Shown here: positions 15,900 to 26,313 of the stretch, one piece after another
Layout of the letters: each line of letters starts with the position of its first letter
Position numbering within the stretch: position 1 is the stretch's first letter
Assembly: GCA_041906885.1 (NCBI GenBank)
Contig: JAYRII010000006.1
Span: 1-63,140, forward strand
Source: Candidatus Saccharimonadia bacterium
Lineage (GTDB): Bacteria > Patescibacteriota > Saccharimonadia > CAILAD01 > CAZGYV01
Length of the DNA stretch: 63,140 nt
Direction: 5' to 3'
Notes under the pieces: model-generated
What the model saw: only the letters and a program-made list of their open reading frames with translations
Database searches by the model: none
Told to the model about the DNA's origin: nothing
Program-made: the position numbers and the translations under genes

Positions 15900-15908
15900 A
15901 AGTAAACA

Positions 15909-16556
15909 ATGACAGAAAATTTAGAAAAAAAAGAGGGACTTTGGCTGATTGATAAACCAGTTGGTATAAGTTCTTTTGGGCTGGTGGCAAGATTACGCCG
16001 CCAAACTGGCTTACGTAAAATTGGTCATGCCGGTACACTCGATCCACAAGCTAGCGGACTAATGATATTGCTGGCCGGCAAGGAGTGGACAAAGCAGGCC
16101 GGTCAATTCATCAAGCTCGATAAAACCTATGAAGTTGAGCTAAAGCTGGGCCAAGAGAGCTCAACAGGTGACAGCGAAGGGGAGTTGGTACAAATATCTG
16201 ATAAAGTGCCAAGTTTAGCTGAAGTCAAACGAGTAATCCGAAGTTTTGTCGGCCAGTCAGCCCAAACGCCACCAGCTCACTCAGCTATTAAAATAGATGG
16301 CATGCGAGCATACAAACTGGCCCGTCAGGGCAAATCGCCTCAGCTAAAGCCTCGAGATATCAATATATATTCAATCTCTGAGTTGTCCTATAACTATCCT
16401 TATATTCAATTTACCGCTTCGGTTTCAAGCGGGACCTATATTCGCAGCTTGGCTAGTGATATCGGTAAATTACTCAAAGTGGGTGCTTACTTGTCGGCTT
16501 TAAGACGTATCCAAATTGGACAATACAGGATTGATCAAGCAACTAGCCTTGATTAA
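15909..16556 (+). CDS. truB: tRNA pseudouridine(55) synthase
   Basis: 'GHAGTLDPQASGLMILLAG' catalytic Asp motif, in truB-rpsO-pnp synteny. Confidence 0.9.
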   Translation: MTENLEKKEGLWLIDKPVGISSFGLVARLRRQTGLRKIGHAGTLDPQASGLMILLAGKEWTKQAGQFIKLDKTYEVELKLGQESSTGDSEGELVQISDKVPSLAEVKRVIRSFVGQSAQTPPAHSAIKIDGMRAYKLARQGKSPQLKPRDINIYSISELSYNYPYIQFTASVSSGTYIRSLASDIGKLLKVGAYLSALRRIQIGQYRIDQATSLD

Positions 16557-16589
16557 TTAGCCCAAATCTGCTAGAATAGGTAGTGCTAT

Positions 16590-16856
16590 ATGATACAGAA
16601 AGCCACAAAATCTAAGATAATCAAGGGTCACAGCCAGCATACTAAAGATACTGGCTCACCGGAGGTTCAGATTGCTATTTTTACTGAGAAAATTAAGCAA
16701 TTGACCGATCATCTCAAAATCCACAAGGGTGATAATCACAGTCGCCGCGGGTTACTGGCGATGGTCAGCAAGCGACGTCGGCTTCTAGATTATCTACAAA
16801 AGAAGAGTGATGATCGCTATCAAGCCATCATCAAAAAACTTTCGCTCAGACGTTAG
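16590..16856 (+). CDS. rpsO: 30S ribosomal protein S15
   Basis: 88 aa with '[35 protein letters not shown]'. Confidence 0.95.
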   Translation: MIQKATKSKIIKGHSQHTKDTGSPEVQIAIFTEKIKQLTDHLKIHKGDNHSRRGLLAMVSKRRRLLDYLQKKSDDRYQAIIKKLSLRR

Positions 16857-17065
16857 TTTGGCTTTATATACATACCTTATATAGTTGACGGGCATTAAGC
16901 CTGGTAGCTTGAGACAGTAATATTAATTGTACAAAAGATGTACTCAGTAGTGCGGTGGTAGAGACAAGTGATTAAATTATTTGATCAATTATCTCTGGCA
17001 CTTCGCATAATTATTGAAAGAGTACTTTTAAAACTATTTTGTGCAGAAAGACAAGTAGGAAATCT

Positions 17066-19213
17066 ATGGAAATCATCCATCCGTTTGGTGGAAAAACAGA
17101 AATATTTGAAACACAGTTTGCGGGCCGTAAGCTTACTATCGAAACCGGCCGAGTCGCTTTTTTGACAGATGGTGCGGTCTTGGTGCGTTATGGTGATACG
17201 GTGGTGCTCGGCACAGCCGTGATCGCTCCTGAGCCCAAGGAAGGAACTGATTTTTTCCCGCTCTTGGTTGATTATGAAGAGCGAATGTACGCTTCTGGTA
17301 AAATTTCTGGTAGTCGATTTATAAAGCGTGAGGGTCGACCGAGCGAGCAAGCAATTCTGACTAGTCGCTTAATCGATCGTCCGATCAGACCGTTATTTCC
17401 TAAAGGGTATCGTAATGATGTCCAGGTGGTAGTAACCGTTTTGTCGGCTGATCTTGAGCACGAGCCTGACATTATTGGAATCATTGCTGCTTCGAGTGCG
17501 TTGATGCTTACAGGTGCGCCATTTGATGGACCGGTGGCGGCATCTCGGATTGGTCTGATTGATGATAAGCTGGTAGCTTATCCAGCAGTCAGTGAGCAAG
17601 AAAAAAGCCGGCTTAATCTGACAGTTGCCGGCACCAAAGACGCTATTATGATGGTTGAGGCAGGTGCTAATGAAGTTGATGAAAAGACTATGACCGAAGC
17701 GATCGCTAAAGCCAAAGAGAGCTGGCAGCCAGTCATTGAATTGCAGGAAAAGATGGTCAAGGCCCACTCAGTCAAGCCAAAAGAGTATGAACTATTCACA
17801 CCCAATGATGAAGTTTACAACAAAGTCACAAAGTTTTTAGCTGATAAATTGGGTGATCATGTCATCTCGCCAGATACGCAGAAGCGTCATGATTCGCTCG
17901 GTAAGCTAAAAGAAGAGGTCATGGCCGAATTTGGGCCATTACCAGCCGAAGTTGATGAAGATCACGAGCGTTATAGTTACGCCGAAGTATCAGCTGCCTT
18001 TACTAAGGTAGTTGATGGTGAGATTCGACGGGCGATTATCGAAGATGGTAAGCGTCCGGATGGTCGTAAAACAACCGAGATTCGTCCAATTTCCGGACAA
18101 GTTGGGGTTTTACCGCGGACTCATGGTTCGGGTATTTTTACTCGTGGCACCACTCAGGCTTTGTCGATTACCACACTGGGACCAACTAGTGACGCACAGC
18201 TAATTGATACGATGGAAGAAGATACATCTAAGCGCTACATGCATCATTATAATTTTCCACCATATTCGACCGGTGAGGCGCGACCGATGCGGTCGACAGG
18301 CCGTCGTGAGATTGGCCACGGCGCTCTAGCCGAACGGGCTCTATTACCAGTTATTCCAGATGTTGAGGAATTTCCTTATGCCATCCGTGTGGTTTCAGAG
18401 ATCCTAACCTCAAATGGCAGTACCTCGATGGCAAGTGTTTGTGGCTCGACTTTGTCGCTGATGGACGCTGGTGTGCCACTGCGCAAACCAGTAGCTGGCA
18501 TAGCCATGGGGCTTATCATTAATCACGACAAGCCAGATGAGTATACGATCCTTTCTGATATTCAAGGAGCTGAGGATTTTGCCGGCGATATGGACTTTAA
18601 GGTTGCTGGTACCGATGACGGAATCACAGCTCTCCAGATGGACATCAAGGTTAAAGGCATCACGGTTGAGATTATGAAAACTGCTTTAGCGCAGGCTAAA
18701 GAAGGTCGAGCTCATATTATGAGTAAAGTCTTGGAGGTAATCGACAAGCCTCGAGCCGAAGTCAGTCAGTACGCACCACGCATTCACAAGATGATGATTG
18801 ATCCAGAGAAGATTCGTGAAGTTATTGGTAAGGGTGGCGAAACGATTCAGAAGATTATTGCCGAGACTGGTGTTGAGATTGATATCGATGATTCGGGCTT
18901 AGTCATGATTGCTTCGACTGATGAGGCTAAGGCTAAGGCAGCTTCTGAGTGGATTGAATCAATTGTGGCTGAGCCAGAGGTTGGGCAGATTTATGATGGT
19001 CGGGTGGTACGGGTGATGGATTTTGGCGCTTTTGTCGAGATTTTACCTGGCAAGGAAGGCCTGGTGCATATTAGCCAAATTGCTGATTATCACGTCGATG
19101 ATATTAATAAAGAGTTGAAAGTTGGTGATGAGTTTCCAGTGAAGCTCGTGGAGATTGATGCACAAGGCCGCCTCAATCTTTCTAAAAAAGCCGCGGAGCG
19201 CAATGCAAATTAA
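17066..19213 (+). CDS. pnp: polyribonucleotide nucleotidyltransferase (PNPase)
   Basis: Two RNase PH domains, a KH domain ('IREVIGKGGETIQKI') and an S1 domain ('GRVVRVMDFGAFVEI'). Start set to the ATG at 17066, preceded by AGGA. Confidence 0.95.
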   Translation: MEIIHPFGGKTEIFETQFAGRKLTIETGRVAFLTDGAVLVRYGDTVVLGTAVIAPEPKEGTDFFPLLVDYEERMYASGKISGSRFIKREGRPSEQAILTSRLIDRPIRPLFPKGYRNDVQVVVTVLSADLEHEPDIIGIIAASSALMLTGAPFDGPVAASRIGLIDDKLVAYPAVSEQEKSRLNLTVAGTKDAIMMVEAGANEVDEKTMTEAIAKAKESWQPVIELQEKMVKAHSVKPKEYELFTPNDEVYNKVTKFLADKLGDHVISPDTQKRHDSLGKLKEEVMAEFGPLPAEVDEDHERYSYAEVSAAFTKVVDGEIRRAIIEDGKRPDGRKTTEIRPISGQVGVLPRTHGSGIFTRGTTQALSITTLGPTSDAQLIDTMEEDTSKRYMHHYNFPPYSTGEARPMRSTGRREIGHGALAERALLPVIPDVEEFPYAIRVVSEILTSNGSTSMASVCGSTLSLMDAGVPLRKPVAGIAMGLIINHDKPDEYTILSDIQGAEDFAGDMDFKVAGTDDGITALQMDIKVKGITVEIMKTALAQAKEGRAHIMSKVLEVIDKPRAEVSQYAPRIHKMMIDPEKIREVIGKGGETIQKIIAETGVEIDIDDSGLVMIASTDEAKAKAASEWIESIVAEPEVGQIYDGRVVRVMDFGAFVEILPGKEGLVHISQIADYHVDDINKELKVGDEFPVKLVEIDAQGRLNLSKKAAERNAN

Positions 19214-19454
19214 ATCTTCGGAGCATTTCGTCGTTAAAAACACCGGTGCTCGCTTTGTGTACCGACCAGTACACCTCGAGGCGCGGTTAAGTCGGCTCAT
19301 GACTTTGGCGCACTTCTTCGTCGAAATATCCGCTCAGCCGTCGTCGTATTACCATATACGACTCCGACAGATGCTCAATTTTTCCTCGAATTGCATCCAG
19401 ATTCAAGCGCCTCAACCCCGGAACAATTTTAAAAATTAAACTATTTTCAATGAA

Positions 19455-20027
19455 ATGACCAGAGAAGAGAAAACTAAACGTTTAAGTGAGATTGCTTATA
19501 AAATTGCCAGCTGTGAAGCGTGTCCGGAGCTTTGCCAGACAGCCAAGAATCCCGTGCCCGGCGAGGGCGACCCAGAAGCAGACATTATGTTTGTGGGTGA
19601 AGCCCCCGGGGCACGTGAAGATGAGACTGGCCGGCCATTTGTCGGCGCAGCTGGTAAATTTCTCGAAGAGATGCTCGAGAGCATCGATTTGAAGCGCCAG
19701 GACGTTTTTATCACTAATATTGTGAAATATCGTCCGCCTGACAATCGTGACCCATACCCTGATGAGATCAAGGCTTGCTTGCCATATCTTTTGGCGCAAA
19801 TCAAGGCGATTGAACCGAAGCTGGTGGTATTTCTCGGCCGTCATTCGATGAATGTATTTTTCCCGGAGCTCAAGATTAGCGCCTGCCACGGAAATCCGAT
19901 TAGGCGTAATGGCCAGGTATTTTTACCACTCTATCATCCGGCCGCGGCCCTCTATAACGGCGATATGCGCCAAAGCCTACTTGATGATTTCGCCAAGATC
20001 CCGCAGATTTTAGCAACTATTAATTAG
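19455..20027 (+). CDS. uracil-DNA glycosylase, family 4
   Basis: 'CEACPELC', 'GEAPGAREDETGRPFVGAAG' and 'YHPAAALY' motifs. Confidence 0.85.
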   Translation: MTREEKTKRLSEIAYKIASCEACPELCQTAKNPVPGEGDPEADIMFVGEAPGAREDETGRPFVGAAGKFLEEMLESIDLKRQDVFITNIVKYRPPDNRDPYPDEIKACLPYLLAQIKAIEPKLVVFLGRHSMNVFFPELKISACHGNPIRRNGQVFLPLYHPAAALYNGDMRQSLLDDFAKIPQILATIN

Positions 20028-20079
20028 ATCAATTATCAATCAGTCTCGTCATCGTGAATTTAATAATTAAAACAATTCT

Positions 20080-20149
20080 GTCATCCTGAACTTGATTCAG
20101 GATCTCTCGTGAAAAAGAGATCAGGGATTCTGAAAAATTTCAGAATGAC
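20080..20149. repeat. full-length 70-bp double-hairpin palindromic element
   Basis: GTCATCCTGAACTTGATTCAGGATCTC-(GATCTCT..AGAGATC hairpin)-GGGATTCTGAAAAATTTCAGAATGAC. Confidence 0.8.
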
Positions 20150-20207
20150 AGGCTAGTAAATTAACGAAAACTAATAAAACTTTTATAAAGAAAGGAATAT
20201 AACAATA

Positions 20208-22235
20208 ATGGCAGATTCATTATCATCTAGACCGCTTAATGAAAAGGATTTAGGTCTTGATGCAAATAAGGCCAATAAACAATCTCGTACCAGTCGACCA
20301 GCTGGTCGCACTGGGGTGCCAGCCAATGCCGATAAGAAAAGTAATTCGCGGCCAAATCGCCAGAATTACGCTGGCAGCAAGCCATCAGGCAAGCCGGTCG
20401 CAAGCAGCAAGCCGAATGGGCGATCAAATGGCAGTCGAGGTATGTACATTAACCGTTTTAGTAAGCCTAACTATATGGATGGAAATTTTAATTCAAATAG
20501 CAAGCCGGATCAGAAGAAGTCAGCCCGACCAGTCGGCCTATCTAAAATTGATGCCGGTAAGCTCAAGATAATTCCTCTGGGTGGACTTGATCGGATCGGC
20601 AAAAACATGATGGCGATCGAGTATGAGAACGATATTATCGTTGTCGATATGGGTTTTCAATTCCCGGATGATGATATGCCCGGCATTGACTACATTATTC
20701 CTGATACTACTTATTTGGAGGAGCGCAAGCACAAGATTAGAGCTCATCTGATCACCCACGCTCACGAAGATCATGTTGGTGGTATTCCATTTGTTTTGCC
20801 CAAATTGCCAGCACCAATTTACGGGGCCCAGTTTACCATCAAATATATCGAGAAAAAGCTCGAGGAACACCGCTTGCCGTTTAAGCCGGACTTTCGGATT
20901 GTTGACCAAGATAGGGAAGAGATTATCCAGCTTGGAGTATTTAAGGTTGAGTTTATTCGCATCACTCACTCGATTCCCGATGCCTGTGCGCTAGCCATTC
21001 ACACTCCAGTTGGAACGTTGATTCATACTGGTGACTGGCGCTTTGACGAGCAGCCACTTGATGGCAAGCCGAGTAATGTCGAAAAATTACGCCAGCTGGG
21101 TGACGCCGGTGTTCTGATGCTGATGTGTGATAGTACCAGCTGTGAGAAGATTGGTAAGTCGCCGACTGAGCAGGATATTATCCCGACGCTCGAGGATATC
21201 TTTATCCGCAATTACAACAAGCGCATTATCATTAGTTCGTTTGCATCTCAGGTGAACCGAATTCAGGTGTTTATCGATGCGGTTGCCAAATCCAAGCGCA
21301 AGCTAGCAATCGTCGGCCGCAGTTTGCTGTCAAATTTGGAGCTGGCTATTAAGCTAGGCTATATCAAAGTACCAGCTGGCCTCATCATTAAGGCCAAAGA
21401 CATCTCTAGCTATCAGGATGGTGAGATTGTGATTCTGACTACTGGTCACCAGGGTGAAGATAACTCGGCTCTGGTACGTATGAGTACTGGTGAGCACAAA
21501 GACGTCAAGCTTAAATCCGGCGATGTAGTGGTCTTGAGCTCATCGATCATTCCTGGCAATGAGAAGTCAGTCTTCACGATGGTTGATGGCTTGTTTCGTC
21601 ATGGGGCTTACGTCTACCAGGAGTTCACTCGCGGGTTTGATGACCTTGGTATCATGCACACCTCAGGACACGCTTATGTCGATGAGGTCAAGGAGATGAT
21701 TGCTATCACTCGGCCGAAATATTACCTACCGATTCATGGCGAGATGCATCATATGTTTCATAATGGCATCATTGCTGCTCAGGCTGGTATTCCAGATGGT
21801 AACATCTTTGTGATTGAAAATGGTCAGTCCCTTGTGGCTGATAATAATGGTTTTAAGAAAGGCCCGATTGTCCAGAATGGCTCGATCTTGATCGACGGTA
21901 ACGGTATTGGTGATGTCCAGGCGGTGGTCTTAAAAGACCGCTTGGCAATGGCTTCAGAGGGCGTCTTTACGGTTATCGCTACGGTTGAGAAGAAGACCGG
22001 TAAACTCAAGACCAGCCCAGACATCATTAGTCGGGGGTTTATTTATATGAAGGATAATGAGGAGCTCTTGAATAAATCACGCCAGATTGTGCGCAATATA
22101 TTCGAGAAGCGCGATATGTCGGTGCCGGCTAATTCGTTAGTGGTGAAGACTCGGATGCGGGAGGAGCTGTCGAACTATCTCTATAAGGTTACCAAGCGCA
22201 ACCCAATTGTGCTGCCAGTTGTGATTGAGGTGTAG
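20208..22235 (+). CDS. rnj: ribonuclease J with an N-terminal disordered extension of about 110 aa
   Basis: Metallo-beta-lactamase 'HAHEDHVGG', beta-CASP layout, and a Ser/Lys/Asn/Pro-rich N-terminus. Confidence 0.9.
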   Translation: MADSLSSRPLNEKDLGLDANKANKQSRTSRPAGRTGVPANADKKSNSRPNRQNYAGSKPSGKPVASSKPNGRSNGSRGMYINRFSKPNYMDGNFNSNSKPDQKKSARPVGLSKIDAGKLKIIPLGGLDRIGKNMMAIEYENDIIVVDMGFQFPDDDMPGIDYIIPDTTYLEERKHKIRAHLITHAHEDHVGGIPFVLPKLPAPIYGAQFTIKYIEKKLEEHRLPFKPDFRIVDQDREEIIQLGVFKVEFIRITHSIPDACALAIHTPVGTLIHTGDWRFDEQPLDGKPSNVEKLRQLGDAGVLMLMCDSTSCEKIGKSPTEQDIIPTLEDIFIRNYNKRIIISSFASQVNRIQVFIDAVAKSKRKLAIVGRSLLSNLELAIKLGYIKVPAGLIIKAKDISSYQDGEIVILTTGHQGEDNSALVRMSTGEHKDVKLKSGDVVVLSSSIIPGNEKSVFTMVDGLFRHGAYVYQEFTRGFDDLGIMHTSGHAYVDEVKEMIAITRPKYYLPIHGEMHHMFHNGIIAAQAGIPDGNIFVIENGQSLVADNNGFKKGPIVQNGSILIDGNGIGDVQAVVLKDRLAMASEGVFTVIATVEKKTGKLKTSPDIISRGFIYMKDNEELLNKSRQIVRNIFEKRDMSVPANSLVVKTRMREELSNYLYKVTKRNPIVLPVVIEV

Positions 22236-22238
22236 GTG

Positions 22239-23999
22239 CTAAAGTTTTGTTTTGCCGCTGGCTGACTGCAGGCGGAAGAGCTTGGCGTAGAGGCCGTTTT
22301 GACGAATAAGGTCTCGGTGATCGCCACGCTCGGTAATTCGTCCACCTTTGAGGACGATAATTTCATCAGCGTGCATGACGGTACTGAGGCGGTGGGCGAT
22401 GACAAGGGCAGATCGGCCAGCCATAAGTTTCTTCAGCCCATCTTGGACTAAGCGCTCAGACTCAGAATCAAGCGCGCTGGTGGCTTCGTCGAGGATGATT
22501 AGCTGTGGATCCTTGAGAATTGCTCGAGCAATGGCGATGCGTTGCTTTTGCCCGCCCGAGAGCTTGATACCGCGCTCGCCGACCAAGGTTTTGTATTTTT
22601 TGGGCAGTTCCTCGATAAATTCGGCGGCATGTGCTTGGTGAGCAGCTTTAGCAACCAGCGACTTGGTCGATTTTTCTTTGGCAATCGCAATATTTTCTTC
22701 AACTGTAGTGTTAAATAGGACGACATCTTGCATCACCATGCCAATGTGAGTTCTAAGTGAGTCTTGAGTGAAACTGGCAATGTCCTCACCATTGATCAGG
22801 ATTTGTCCCGAATCGGGCGCGTAAAAGCGCAGCAGCAGCTTAGTAATGGTGCTTTTGCCAACTCCCGACGGTCCGACTAGGGCGATAGTTTTACCGCCAT
22901 CAAGCTTAAAGCTGATATTTACAATAGCTCCTTTTTTACTCTTGGGGTAGGTGAATGAGACATTTCTAAATTCAATGGTGTAGAGTCTGAGCAGCTCTTC
23001 AGCATCAGGCGCGTCCGATAGTGACGGCTTGGTGGCGAAAACTTTAACCAATCGGCCGACATGGACATTAGCTCGGCTGGATTGGTTGATGAAGCGACCG
23101 ATAACATTAACTCTGGTTAATACACCTTGGATGAGAAATAGGTAGAAAGCAAAATCACCTGTCGTAATTTGGTGCGCGAAGGCTTGCATAGATAAAATTA
23201 TAATTACGACGACAATAAAAATTTGCGTCATAGCGTCACGGCTCATGATAGACCAGAACCAGACCTTGGTTGACTTGCGGAAGTGACGTTGATTGTCTGT
23301 CAGGGCTTTAGCGTGTTGTTTACGCGCGTTTTTGAGCGATCCAATCGAGCGCATGGTCGTAATATTGGAGAAACTCTCGGTGAAAATACCGGCTGCCTTT
23401 TCATATGTCTTTGATTCTTGAATGTGAATCGGACGATTTTTCTTATTCGTATAAACCATCACTAGGTTGTAGAGGAAAATAAAAACAATAAAAATCAGAC
23501 CAATGGCTGGTAGTTTGATCATGAATATTGCTGTAATAACGATGGTGTAAATAGCTGGATCGAGTAGCTGCATGGTTACAGTATTGATCCAGTTGATGTA
23601 GGCGTCGATGCCACGATTGATTTTTTGGATTGTTTCGCCGATTCGTTTGCTCTCGAAAAAGTCGAGCGACAGCCCGGCAAGTTTATCAAAAACTTTCTCA
23701 AGTAATTGGACAGTGACATAATTGCTGGTCAAGTCAGTTAGTCGAAAGCCAAAGCCGTCAATGATTGTAAAAGCTAGGCTAACCAGTAAAAATAGAGTGG
23801 CTAAACCAAATATTGACGTCTTGAACTGATCGGGTGTGATCGTAGCAGAAGCCAGCGATGACGTTTGATCAATGGCGAGTTTGAAAATATATGGCCGCAC
23901 GACATTAACTCCGGCGGCGATCAAACTAAAAATGGCGATACCAATTAATCGTGGCCAGGTGTGTTTTATAAGACTAGTCAGCTTGAGTAAGTTTTTCAT
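22239..23999 (-). CDS. ABC transporter, fused permease/ATPase (MsbA-type exporter)
   Basis: Six TM segments, Walker A 'GPSGVGKST', signature 'LSGGQKQRIAIARA' and Walker B 'LILDEATSALD'. Confidence 0.9.
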   Translation of the reverse strand: MKNLLKLTSLIKHTWPRLIGIAIFSLIAAGVNVVRPYIFKLAIDQTSSLASATITPDQFKTSIFGLATLFLLVSLAFTIIDGFGFRLTDLTSNYVTVQLLEKVFDKLAGLSLDFFESKRIGETIQKINRGIDAYINWINTVTMQLLDPAIYTIVITAIFMIKLPAIGLIFIVFIFLYNLVMVYTNKKNRPIHIQESKTYEKAAGIFTESFSNITTMRSIGSLKNARKQHAKALTDNQRHFRKSTKVWFWSIMSRDAMTQIFIVVVIIILSMQAFAHQITTGDFAFYLFLIQGVLTRVNVIGRFINQSSRANVHVGRLVKVFATKPSLSDAPDAEELLRLYTIEFRNVSFTYPKSKKGAIVNISFKLDGGKTIALVGPSGVGKSTITKLLLRFYAPDSGQILINGEDIASFTQDSLRTHIGMVMQDVVLFNTTVEENIAIAKEKSTKSLVAKAAHQAHAAEFIEELPKKYKTLVGERGIKLSGGQKQRIAIARAILKDPQLIILDEATSALDSESERLVQDGLKKLMAGRSALVIAHRLSTVMHADEIIVLKGGRITERGDHRDLIRQNGLYAKLFRLQSASGKTKL

Positions 24000-24043
24000 T
24001 AGCAGATCTTATTATCCTATGAACAGCTTATGTTTGACAAGGC

Positions 24044-24072
24044 TAGCAATTATGGTCTGATTGTGATATAAT
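24044..24072 (+). promoter_or_regulatory. extended -10 promoter (TGaTATAAT)
   Basis: TATAAT at 24067-24072 with TG at 24064-24065. The -35 is weak, and a TTGACA at 24034-24039 is 27 nt away, which is too far. Confidence 0.4.
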
Positions 24073-24102
24073 GGTCACATCACTTTATTAAGGAGGGTGA
24101 TT

Positions 24103-24180
24103 ATGAAGACAATTAATTGGTATGTCGGCTGCTTTTTTACGATTAAAACCGCTGGTGTGCTATCATGGCGCAGGCTATAA
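24103..24180 (+). CDS. possible 25-aa hydrophobic small ORF upstream of ftsK
   Basis: Strong AAGGAGGGTGA Shine-Dalgarno 5 nt before the ATG. Peptide is MKTINWYVGCFFTIKTAGVLSWRRL. Confidence 0.3.
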   Translation: MKTINWYVGCFFTIKTAGVLSWRRL

Positions 24181-24189
24181 TGTAATTCT

Positions 24190-26313
24190 ATGGCAAAGCG
24201 CAAGAAACCAGCCAAAAATCACAAAAAAGATCTCAAAGATAAAGATAAAGAGATCAAACCGCTCCTAGAACGCAGCGCGGTGCGTGAGATTATTGCGATC
24301 TTGCTCGTCTTGCTGGCGGTTTTTCTGATATTAGCGATTATTAATGTGGCAGGTATAGCTGGTGTTTGGACGCTAGCTGGATTTAAATTTTTGGTCGGTA
24401 CGGCGACTTATTTGTTGCCCTTAGCTCTACTATTGGTGGCCTGGATGCTATTTCGTCAAGATCATTATGAGTTTAAAATCAACAATCTATTAGGGTTGGT
24501 GGCGCTTTTTATCTGTCTGGCTGGTATCTTCCACTTCATTTTAGCACCAGCTAATTTCGAAGTCATGGCGGTGGGCAACTTTGGTGGTGTGATTGGTTTG
24601 GGGTTGGCAACTATCATGGGGCCGATCCTGACTCGACCGGTGGCGATTTTTATTCTGGCGATGCTGCTACTCATTAGTCTGATTGTTGCTGGCAATGCCA
24701 GGCTAAAAGATTTATTTGCAAAGTTTATGTCATTATTTAAGCGTCACAGAGAAGAAGCTGAGCTTGAAATAAATGAGCCCGCTCTTGAGATCAATAATAA
24801 GCTACCAATCAAGGGTACGATCGGTGGCAATAAGGAAGTAAAGTCAGCTAAAGCCGAACCAATCATGGAAGCAATCGATAAAGACTGGGAATATCCGCCG
24901 CTTGATTTGCTCGAAGCCACCTCGACTAGTGCTGACCCGGGTAATCCCAAGCAAAATGCTGCCACCATTCAAAAAACATTGGAAGATTTTGCAATCGACG
25001 TCCAGATGAGCGGCGTCGAGGTCGGACCGACTGTCTCGCAGTACACTCTCAAACCACCGTCTGGCGTGAACTTAAATAAAATCACCGCCCTAGATCGCAA
25101 TCTGGCACTGGCTCTAGAAGCTCATCAGATTCGCATCGAAGCACCAATTCCTGGAAAAAGCTTGGTTGGTATAGAGGTGCCAAATAAAAAAGCTGCTACT
25201 GTTCGGCTCAAAGATATTATTGCTTCTAAAGAAGTTATTAAAAATAAGTCTAAATTGACTTATGTGCTAGGTCGCGACGTAGTAGGCGATGTCGTTACTT
25301 CCGATCTGGCTGAAATGCCACATATACTAGTCGCTGGTGCTACAGGATCGGGTAAAAGCGTACTAATTAATACCATGCTAGTAAGTTGGCTGTATCGTAA
25401 TTCACCATCTGATCTTAAGTTAATCTTAATAGATCCAAAGCGTGTCGAAATGCCCCTGTATCATGATATACCTCACTTATTAACTCCCGTAATTCTAGAT
25501 ACTGGCCCTGCTGTTTCAGCTTTGCGCTGGGCAGTAGCAGAGATGGAGCGACGACTCGTACTATTACAAAATCATGGTAAACGAAATATTATCGAATACA
25601 ACAGCCAAAAGGATATTGATGGAATGCCTTATATCGTGATTGTAATTGATGAAATGAGCCAATTGATGGTGGCTTCAGGTAAGGAGGTCGAAGGCTTAGT
25701 AGTACAAATTGCACAGATGGCTCGCGCTGTTGGAATTCACTTAGTGTTAGCTACTCAAAGACCGAGTGTAAATGTCATTACAGGACTCATTAAAGCCAAT
25801 GTACCGGCTCGAGTGGCTTTGACGACCACCAGCCAGACCGACTCACGTACAATTATTGACTCGGGTGGCGCAGAGAAACTATTAAAACGTGGAGATATGC
25901 TCTACCTTGATCCAGAGATGAGCAAGCCTAAGCGTATTCAGGGTGTTTTCTTGAGTACCGAAGAAGTTAAAGCCGTAACTAATTACTTGCGCGAAAAACG
26001 TCAGCCACAATACAACGATGAAGTCTTGGCTCAAGAGACGAAAGCTGCCGGTCGAGGTGGCGCTGGTAGTTTTGATGGTGGCGGTGGAGATGATGAGCTA
26101 TTTAGTGAAGCGGTCAATATTGTGATCCAACGCGGTAAAGCATCATCATCGGATTTGATGCGACGATTGCGCGTTGGTTATGCTCGTTCGGCTAGACTAA
26201 TGGACATGCTCGAAGATCGTGGTGTGATCGGCGCCCAAGATGGCAGTCGTCCGCGCGAGGTCTTGGTATCGAGCGTGACAGAACTTGAGGGAGAAGCTAA
26301 TGAGTCCGAGTGA
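24190..26313 (+). CDS. ftsK: DNA translocase FtsK/SpoIIIE
   Basis: N-terminal TM segments, 'VAGATGSGKS' Walker A, 'VIVIDEMSQLM', and a winged-helix gamma domain 'ASSSDLMRRLRVGYARSARLMDMLEDRGVIG'. Confidence 0.9.
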   Translation: MAKRKKPAKNHKKDLKDKDKEIKPLLERSAVREIIAILLVLLAVFLILAIINVAGIAGVWTLAGFKFLVGTATYLLPLALLLVAWMLFRQDHYEFKINNLLGLVALFICLAGIFHFILAPANFEVMAVGNFGGVIGLGLATIMGPILTRPVAIFILAMLLLISLIVAGNARLKDLFAKFMSLFKRHREEAELEINEPALEINNKLPIKGTIGGNKEVKSAKAEPIMEAIDKDWEYPPLDLLEATSTSADPGNPKQNAATIQKTLEDFAIDVQMSGVEVGPTVSQYTLKPPSGVNLNKITALDRNLALALEAHQIRIEAPIPGKSLVGIEVPNKKAATVRLKDIIASKEVIKNKSKLTYVLGRDVVGDVVTSDLAEMPHILVAGATGSGKSVLINTMLVSWLYRNSPSDLKLILIDPKRVEMPLYHDIPHLLTPVILDTGPAVSALRWAVAEMERRLVLLQNHGKRNIIEYNSQKDIDGMPYIVIVIDEMSQLMVASGKEVEGLVVQIAQMARAVGIHLVLATQRPSVNVITGLIKANVPARVALTTTSQTDSRTIIDSGGAEKLLKRGDMLYLDPEMSKPKRIQGVFLSTEEVKAVTNYLREKRQPQYNDEVLAQETKAAGRGGAGSFDGGGGDDELFSEAVNIVIQRGKASSSDLMRRLRVGYARSARLMDMLEDRGVIGAQDGSRPREVLVSSVTELEGEANESE

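Noticed and set aside
19155-19439. A 94-aa plus-strand ORF overlapping the pnp 3' end, and a minus-strand ORF of about 43 aa (19289-19417) in the pnp-udg spacer
   Set aside because: Both strands are open. There is no convincing ribosome-binding site and no recognisable motif, so I could not decide which, if either, is real.
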